From: Elusimicrobiota bacterium
GTDB taxonomy: Bacteria; Elusimicrobiota; Elusimicrobia; UBA1565
Assembly (NCBI GenBank): GCA_041660925.1
Contig: JBAZVI010000010.1
Location: forward strand, 41,519 to 105,518
DNA length: 64,000 bases
Reading direction: 5' to 3'
The position numbers were made by a program, and so were the translations under genes. The notes beneath the pieces are model-generated. The model saw only the letters and a list, made by a program, of their open reading frames with translations. It had not been told where the DNA came from and made no database searches. Positions 17,258-25,636 of this stretch are shown here, piece by piece (position 1 is the first letter of the stretch; each line of letters begins with the position of its first letter).

Positions 17258-18240
17258 AGACCGAGCTGGCCAAGGTCCCTCTGCGGCCGCAGGACCCGCA
17301 CCTCTGCGACCTCTTCGGGGTGCTCGCGGGGGTCAAGCCCGTCCTTTATACGGACGTGCTGCCTTCGGAGGAGGTCTACATCCGCGACCTCTGCCGGGCG
17401 CTGGGGCTGCGCTGGCTCAAGCCGGAGCGGCCGTCCGGGAAGCATTTCCACTTCCAGAAGAAGGCCATGTTCCTCGTGGGACGCCGCGCGGGGGACCTCG
17501 CGGCGGCGGCGCGCTGCTGGCGGGGACTGCTCGCGCCCCCGGCCGGCGGGCCGCGGGGACCGAGCGCGTCTTTGCGCAACAACTTCGACTGGGGCTGCTG
17601 GCTCGGCTACCCGGAATGCTGCGTGCGCGCCTACCTGCGCTGGCGCGACGAGCGCGACGCCGGCGCGGCGAGCGCCGACCTGGTGCGCGCGACCGCCGAG
17701 GCCACCCCCGCGGGAGGGCCGCTCCCCTTCCTGCTCAACGACGTGTTCAACCACTTCTCGCTGCTCTCGACGGCCGCCCGCGCTCAGGACAAGCGGCGCT
17801 ACGAGCGCTTCATCGCCCTCAACCGCGGCCTCATGCTGCCCTCGCTCAACGCCGTCTCCTGGCATCCGTGCACCTACCGCTGCGAGGAGAGCCTCTATAA
17901 GGCCGGCGTCGTCTACGGCCTCATGCGCCGCTACGCGCCGGACTGGGCGCGGCGCATCCGCGAGGGGCTGGCGCGGCCCGTGCTCCACTTCGGGAAGTAC
18001 GAGTTCGCGGTCTTCGAGGACGCGCGCTCGCGCCGGGGCCCCGCCGGGGCCCTGCGTGTCCGGGCCGGGAAGCTGCGCGCTCCGCGCTCGCTGCTCTCCC
18101 CGGGGCTGCGGACGCGGCTGACACGCGCAGGGGGCTTCGAACTCCGCGCCGGGGCGCTCGTCGTCGGCGGCAAGGCGGTCGCGCGGCCGGAGCCGCCGCT
18201 CTGGCTCGACTTCCGCGGGACCCAGGGGTGCGTCGCATGA
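17254..18240 (+). CDS. five-Cys GYPECC / WHPCxYRC protein P3
   Basis: GTG start with GTGA overlap. Contains LCDLFGVLAGVKPVLYTD, WLGYPECCVRAYLRW, PLPFLLNDVF and SWHPCTYRCEESL. Confidence 0.65.
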   Translation: MKTELAKVPLRPQDPHLCDLFGVLAGVKPVLYTDVLPSEEVYIRDLCRALGLRWLKPERPSGKHFHFQKKAMFLVGRRAGDLAAAARCWRGLLAPPAGGPRGPSASLRNNFDWGCWLGYPECCVRAYLRWRDERDAGAASADLVRATAEATPAGGPLPFLLNDVFNHFSLLSTAARAQDKRRYERFIALNRGLMLPSLNAVSWHPCTYRCEESLYKAGVVYGLMRRYAPDWARRIREGLARPVLHFGKYEFAVFEDARSRRGPAGALRVRAGKLRAPRSLLSPGLRTRLTRAGGFELRAGALVVGGKAVARPEPPLWLDFRGTQGCVA

Positions 18241-19187
18241 GCGCCGCGCGGGTCAAGAAGGTCGTCGTCTTCACCGACTACCGCTGCAACAACCGCTGCG
18301 TCTTCTGCATCGACGCCTGCAAGCGGGACCTCCCCGCGCGCGGGACGAAGGAGGTGCTCCGGGACGTCTACCGCGCCGCCCGCGAGGGGGCCGGCTATCT
18401 CGAGCTCATCGGCGGCGAGGCGCCCATCCGGCCGGACTTCCTCCAGCTCGTACGCACCGCCCGCCGGCTCGGCATCCCGAAGATCGTCACCGCGACCAAC
18501 GGGCGGGCCTTCGCGCTGCGCTCCTTCGCCGGGGCGGCCGTGCGCGCGGGGCTCACCGACGTGATGTTCTCCCTGCACGGCGACACCGCGGCGGTCCACG
18601 ACCGGGCGACGCGCAGCCCGGGAAGCTTCCGCCAGCTCCTCGCGGGCATCGCGAACCTGCGTCGGCTCGGCTTCAGTCGCATCCACGGCAACACCACGGT
18701 CTATAAAGGGAACCTCGCGCGGGTGCCGGCGATCGCCCGACTCTACGCGCGCCTGGGCGTCGAGTTCGTGGAGTACATCTTCGTCGACCCCACCTACGGA
18801 GGGGCCCACGACGACTTCGCGCGCCTCGTCCCGCGCATCTCCCGGGCGGCCCCGCGCATGCGCTCGGCGCTCGAGGTCGGCCGCCGGGCCGGGTACCGGG
18901 AGTGGCTGGTCCGCTACGTCCCGCTCTGCCACTTCCAGGGCTGGGAGGAGCAGGTCAGCGAGCGGGTCGAGCGCCGCCTCTTCCACACCCGGCACTGGGC
19001 GCCGGATTTCCGCAACGAGGACGTGAGCTCCTCCCGGGCCCGGATCGCCCGGCGCAAGCCTCCGCGCTGCCGCCCCTGCGCTCTATACAAGGAATGCGAG
19101 GGCATCTGGACCGAGTACCTGCGCCGCTACGGTGACGCCGAACTCCACCCGGTCTTGAAGTCCAAGCGCGCTAAAAAGCAAATATAA
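18237..19187 (+). CDS. radical SAM protein R3 (CNNxCxFC type)
   Basis: ATGA overlap with P3. Contains DYRCNNRCVFCI, ELIGGEAPIR, ATNGR and the C-terminal CRPCALYKECEGIWTEY. Confidence 0.8.
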   Translation: MSAARVKKVVVFTDYRCNNRCVFCIDACKRDLPARGTKEVLRDVYRAAREGAGYLELIGGEAPIRPDFLQLVRTARRLGIPKIVTATNGRAFALRSFAGAAVRAGLTDVMFSLHGDTAAVHDRATRSPGSFRQLLAGIANLRRLGFSRIHGNTTVYKGNLARVPAIARLYARLGVEFVEYIFVDPTYGGAHDDFARLVPRISRAAPRMRSALEVGRRAGYREWLVRYVPLCHFQGWEEQVSERVERRLFHTRHWAPDFRNEDVSSSRARIARRKPPRCRPCALYKECEGIWTEYLRRYGDAELHPVLKSKRAKKQI

Positions 19188-19355
19188 CGCTCATTTTGCG
19201 TTTGGCTCCCGCTCACGCGGCTGAAAACGCGTTTTATTGTTTTTTCGCTGAAAAGCGAGTCTTCCCGTCGGAGAAAGGCCCCCGGAGGCCTCCAAAATTT
19301 ATATCATGAGACCTCGTAAACAGGGCTCCGGCCCTATCTTGGAGGAGTAAACCTC

Positions 19356-21536
<2,181 letters not shown>

Positions 21537-21559
21537 TTGGGACTCCTTTCCTTCCTTAA

Positions 21560-21596
21560 CTCCCCTTCCCGCGGGAAGGGGGAGGGGAAGGGGGAA
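21560..21596 (+). repeat. C-rich/G-rich hairpin plus G-run motif, copy A (copy B at 24030-24066)
   Basis: CTCCCCTTCCCGCGGGAAGGGGGAGGGGAAGGGGGA versus CTCCCCTTCCTGCGGGAGGGGGAAGGGGGAGGGGGGA. Both lie 3' of plus-strand genes. Confidence 0.6.
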
Positions 21597-21624
21597 TGGC
21601 CGGACCTGATCCGCAAGGAGACGC

Positions 21625-23739
21625 TTGCCCCACCGCTTCAAGGACGAGTGGCTCGTTCGCGCGGCCCTGACCCTTCCCGGGATGAACGGGAAGGAGCTCG
21701 AGTGCATGCGCGAGAGCGGCAAGCCCTGGCTGGCCCACCTGATCATCGAGGCGGGGCGCGCCTCTCCCGACGAGCTCCTGAAGGCCGTTCAGTCGGTGCA
21801 TTGCGTCGATTCCGCCGACCCCGGCCCGGGAGAGATCGACAAGATGGCGCTCGGGCTCATCCCCGAGAAGGTCTGTCGGGCCCGGACGGTCCTGCCCTAT
21901 CGCGCTCACGGCGACTCCATCGAGGTCCTGACCTGCGCCCCCATCGACATGGACCTGCTGCAGGACGTGCAGGCGGTCTGCGGGCGTCAGCCGCGCGCCC
22001 TCTATGTCCTGCCCGAGCGGCTGCTCGCGCTCATCGACGGGGTCTATAAAGGAGATTCCGTCGTCTTCGAGCTGCTCAAGCGGGTCGAGGAGAAGGACAA
22101 GGTCGAGGTCGTCGACGCGGTCCAGGCGGCCGCCGGGGCGGAGTCCCCGGTCATCCGGCTCGTCGACTCCCTCATCGCCCGCGCCGTGCGCATGGGCGCT
22201 TCCGACATCCACGTCGAGCACGAAGAGACCTCGAGCGTCGTGCGCATGCGCGTCGACGGGATCCTGAAGACGGTGCTGACGCTCCCGCGCGTCCTCGCCG
22301 CCGGGGCCGTGGTCTCGCGCATCAAGATCATGGCGAACCTCGACGTGGCCGAACACCAGCAGCCCCAGGACGGGCGGGCCAAGCTGCGCGTGGGCGGCGT
22401 CGACATCGGCCTGCGCGTCTCGACTCTGCCGACGACCTGGGGCGAGAAGGTCGTGCTGCGCGTCCTCGACCGGCGCACGGCCGAGGTCCCGCTCGGGAAG
22501 CTGGGTCTGCGGCCCGACCTCATCGAGCGCCTCAAGAAGCTGCTCGCACTGCCTCAAGGCCTCCTCTTCGTGACCGGCCCGACCGGCTCGGGCAAGACCA
22601 CGACGCTCTACTCCATCCTCAGCTCCATGAAGACGGGCGACACGAACATCGTGACGGTCGAGGACCCCGTCGAGTACCGGCTCGAGGGGATCAACCAGGT
22701 CCAGGTCAACGAGAAGCGCGGCCTGACCTTCGCCGGCATCCTGCGCTCCGTGCTGCGCCAGGACCCCGACATCATCCTCGTCGGCGAGGTCCGCGACCAT
22801 GAGACGGCCGACATCGCGCTGCAGGCGGCGCTGACCGGGCACGTCGTCCTCTCCTCGCTGCACACCAACGACGCCGTCGGCGCCGTCCCGCGCCTCGCGG
22901 ACATGGGCGCCGAGCGCTTCAAGATCGCCTCGGGCCTCGTCGGGGTGCTCGCCCAGCGCCTCGTGCGCCGGCTCTGTCCCGACTGCCGGACGAAGGGCGA
23001 CCCGTCGAAGCTCGACGCGGACCTGCGAGCGCTCATGGAGAAGTGGAAGATCGCGCCCGCCTTCATGGAGGCGAAGGGCTGCCTCAAGTGCGATTTCTCC
23101 GGTTATAAGGGACGCCTGCCGCTCCTCGAACTCTTCGAGGTCGACGCCGGGATGCGTGAGAAGATCTCCGTCGGGATGAGCGAGGGGGCGCTGCGTCAGG
23201 AAGCGCTGAATTCGGGGATGCTCTCGCCTTTGAGCCGCGACGCCGCCTGGCATGTCGCCGGCGGCGACACCTCCGTCGTGGAGGCGCTGCCGTTCCTCGG
23301 TCTTGAAGCGTCGCGGCCTTCTGAAGCGAAGGCGCCGGCGGAGTCCGCTCCGGTGCCGTCCCTCAAGAAGCGCGTGCTCGTCGCCGACGACGATGCGGTC
23401 GTGCGCGTGATCATGCGGCAGGTCCTCGTCAAGGAGGGCTACGAGGTCGAGGAGGCCGTCGACGGAGTGAAGGCCCTCGAGCGCGTCGCGGCCTGGCAGC
23501 CGGACCTGCTCGTCTGCGACCTCAACATGCCGAACCTCGACGGCTTCGGCGTCATCCGCAGCGTGCGCGAGAACCTCGGCCGCGGCGACCTGCCCATCAT
23601 CGTGATGACCGCCGAGACCGACGACCGCAGCCAGGAGACGGCCCTCGCGCTCGGCGCCGACGACTACATCGTCAAGCCGACGAAGCCGCCCATCATCCTC
23701 GCCCGCATCCGCGGGATCTTTCGGCGCTTAGAGAAATAG
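21625..23739 (+). CDS. GspE/PilB-family secretion ATPase with C-terminal response-regulator receiver domain
   Basis: T2SSE_N-like N-domain (LIPEKVCRARTVLPY), Walker A GPTGSGKTTTLYS, ILVGEVRD, tetracysteine CPDC...CLKC, then KRVLVADDDAVV...LLVCDLNMPNLDG...IVKP (REC). The true start may be ATG 21682 or 21706. Confidence 0.85.
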   Translation: MPHRFKDEWLVRAALTLPGMNGKELECMRESGKPWLAHLIIEAGRASPDELLKAVQSVHCVDSADPGPGEIDKMALGLIPEKVCRARTVLPYRAHGDSIEVLTCAPIDMDLLQDVQAVCGRQPRALYVLPERLLALIDGVYKGDSVVFELLKRVEEKDKVEVVDAVQAAAGAESPVIRLVDSLIARAVRMGASDIHVEHEETSSVVRMRVDGILKTVLTLPRVLAAGAVVSRIKIMANLDVAEHQQPQDGRAKLRVGGVDIGLRVSTLPTTWGEKVVLRVLDRRTAEVPLGKLGLRPDLIERLKKLLALPQGLLFVTGPTGSGKTTTLYSILSSMKTGDTNIVTVEDPVEYRLEGINQVQVNEKRGLTFAGILRSVLRQDPDIILVGEVRDHETADIALQAALTGHVVLSSLHTNDAVGAVPRLADMGAERFKIASGLVGVLAQRLVRRLCPDCRTKGDPSKLDADLRALMEKWKIAPAFMEAKGCLKCDFSGYKGRLPLLELFEVDAGMREKISVGMSEGALRQEALNSGMLSPLSRDAAWHVAGGDTSVVEALPFLGLEASRPSEAKAPAESAPVPSLKKRVLVADDDAVVRVIMRQVLVKEGYEVEEAVDGVKALERVAAWQPDLLVCDLNMPNLDGFGVIRSVRENLGRGDLPIIVMTAETDDRSQETALALGADDYIVKPTKPPIILARIRGIFRRLEK

Positions 23740-23750
23740 CCGTTTTCCTA

Positions 23751-24028
23751 AGAGCACCTAAAATAGCCTGGGGCGGCCTTGGCGGGGCCGAGTTTGGCCC
23801 GAATGCGCGGCGTCCGCGGCGCGGGCATACCCGAAGGTATGTACGCGTCGCGGCAACAACGCAGGCGGGTCGAAATCGGCCCCGCCCGAAGGGAAGCCCC
23901 GATATAGGGCCGATACCATTGTTGGGCCGCCGGGTACATAGCGCTGCGGCTATGCCCCCGGCATCCCGTCGCGGTCTCGACCCTATCTCGGGGCTTCCAA
24001 GGCCACCCCAGGTTATTTTAGGTGCTCT
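23751..24028. repeat. 278-bp Y-shaped palindromic element E2
   Basis: 23-bp termini AGAGCACCTAAAATAGCCTGGGG / CCCCAGGTTATTTTAGGTGCTCT (1 mismatch), extended by GGCCTTGG/CCAAGGCC. Two internal long-range stems: GGCGGGGCCGA/TCGGCCCCGCC and GAAGCCCCGATATAGGG/CCCTATCTCGGGGCTTC. Confidence 0.8.
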
Positions 24029-24185
24029 GCTCCCCTTCCTGCGGGAGGGGGAAGGGGGAGGGGGGATTTCTGTTGTCGAAGATTCCCTCCACCCTGCCCT
24101 ATCCGCCGCCTGCCGCGCCGGGACATGGAGGCAGCGGGAGTGGGGAGGGGGGGCGGAGGGGATTCCCTAACTCTCAGGGAATCCG

Positions 24186-25505
24186 CTACGCGGATTCCCT
24201 GCCCCGCACGACGGTGCCGGCCCAGAGGTCGTGCCAGCCGCGGCGGTCGCGCTCCCAGAGCGCCCAGAGGTAGCCGAACATCACCGCGTAGCCGGAGATG
24301 AGGGAGAAGAGGGAGCGTACGAAGGCGTCCTTCCAGTCGAAGGCGGCGCCGTCCATGCGGGCGACCTCGAGCTTGAGCACGCGCTTGCCCGGGGTGGCCT
24401 TCCAGAGGCCGAGGAAGAGCGTCGAATAGAGGAGCCAGAAGAGGGGGAAGGCGACGTTCTTCCTGCGGCGCTCCGTGCGCACCGAGACGCCGTCCTCGTC
24501 GTAGAGCGTCGTGGAGTCCTCGTCGTCCTCGTCCGCGCGCTTCGACCGATGTGCGTCGACCTGAACGCCCGTCTTGTCGAGCGCGACCTTCGCGTTCTTC
24601 GCGTCGACCCGGATGCCGCCCTTGCCCAGCGTGACCTTCGTGCCGTCGTCGCCCTCGACGTGCAGACCGTCCTTGCCGAGCTGGACCTTCGTGCCGTCCT
24701 CGCCGATGACGGTCCGCCCTTCGGCGAGCTGCGCGAGGGGGTCGTCCTTCGGGGCTTTGTAGCCGACATGCACCCGCTCGCTCTCGCCGCCGGTGAGGAT
24801 GCCCACGAGCATGCCCACGAGGACGAGGTCGATGAGGACGGCGACGCCCCGGCGCCACAGAGGAGGGCGCCCGGAGGCTCCGGAGGGGACGGGGTAGGCC
24901 TTCGGCTCGGGCCCCGCGGGAGCGCCGCGCAGGGCGCTGAAGAAGCCGGCGGGACGCGGGAGGCTCTCGCCGCTGCCGACCGGGCTCTCCTTGCGCACCT
25001 TGTAGACGCGGACCTTCTCGGGGATCCCCTTGAGCTGGAGGAGGCCGACCTCGCTGGAGGGCACCTCGGTCTTGTTCATGGCGAGGTAGACGGCTTCGGT
25101 GAAGAAGACCTCGCCGGCCTTGGCGATGCTCTCGATGCGGGCGGTGATGTTGACCGGCTCGCCGAAGACGTCGTTTTCGGCGAGGTTGACCTCGCCGGCG
25201 TTGATGGCGATGCGCACCTCGATGCGGTCGTCCTCGGGGATCTCGGCGTTGTGCTTGGAGAGGACCTCCTGGACGGCGATTCCCGCGAGGACGGCGTCGG
25301 TGGGGCTCTCGAAGACCATGAGGAAGGCGTCGCCGATCGTTTTGATGAGTCGTCCGCCGCGCCCCTCGAGGGTCGGGAGCACGAGCTCACGGTGCTTGTC
25401 GAGGAGGGCCTGGATGTCCGAACGGCTGCGCCGGGAGGTCTTGTCGGTGAAGCCCTTGATGTCGGTGAGGAGGATGGTGAGGTGGCGGGTGACGGGCTGG
25501 GACAT
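24186..25505 (-). CDS. class III adenylate/guanylate cyclase domain fused to RDD-family membrane domain
   Basis: Cyclase part: LTILLTDIKGFT, KTIGDAFLMVF, GEPVNITARIES. RDD part: RRGVAVLIDLVLVGMLV ... GKRVLKLEV...GWHDLWAGTVV. Confidence 0.8.
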   Translation of the reverse strand: MSQPVTRHLTILLTDIKGFTDKTSRRSRSDIQALLDKHRELVLPTLEGRGGRLIKTIGDAFLMVFESPTDAVLAGIAVQEVLSKHNAEIPEDDRIEVRIAINAGEVNLAENDVFGEPVNITARIESIAKAGEVFFTEAVYLAMNKTEVPSSEVGLLQLKGIPEKVRVYKVRKESPVGSGESLPRPAGFFSALRGAPAGPEPKAYPVPSGASGRPPLWRRGVAVLIDLVLVGMLVGILTGGESERVHVGYKAPKDDPLAQLAEGRTVIGEDGTKVQLGKDGLHVEGDDGTKVTLGKGGIRVDAKNAKVALDKTGVQVDAHRSKRADEDDEDSTTLYDEDGVSVRTERRRKNVAFPLFWLLYSTLFLGLWKATPGKRVLKLEVARMDGAAFDWKDAFVRSLFSLISGYAVMFGYLWALWERDRRGWHDLWAGTVVRGRESA

Positions 25506-25636
25506 GGAGGCCTCTCTTAAGGGGAATCTTACTTAGTTTCGGGCGCCCGGTGCCTAGCTCCCCTCCCTCTTCGAGGGAGGGATCCGAATAGCGGACGGCA
25601 CCGGGAACTTTATCGCTCCTCGATCGTAACCTCTGC

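Noticed and set aside
19188-19355. AT-rich spacer after the rSAM operon with the palindrome AAAACGCGTTTT, a T-run and duplicated GCTGAAAA words, as a possible intrinsic terminator or sRNA.
   Set aside because: The stem is only an A/T-rich 12-mer with weak predicted stability. It is plausible as the operon terminator and glgP promoter region, but I cannot support a specific feature call.
23940-24185. Small ORFs (23919..24170, 24022..24273) between E2 and the cyclase gene.
   Set aside because: They are composed of G-run/C-run-derived Gly/Pro/Arg strings and overlap the palindromic element and the G-rich repeat motif. There is no coding signature.
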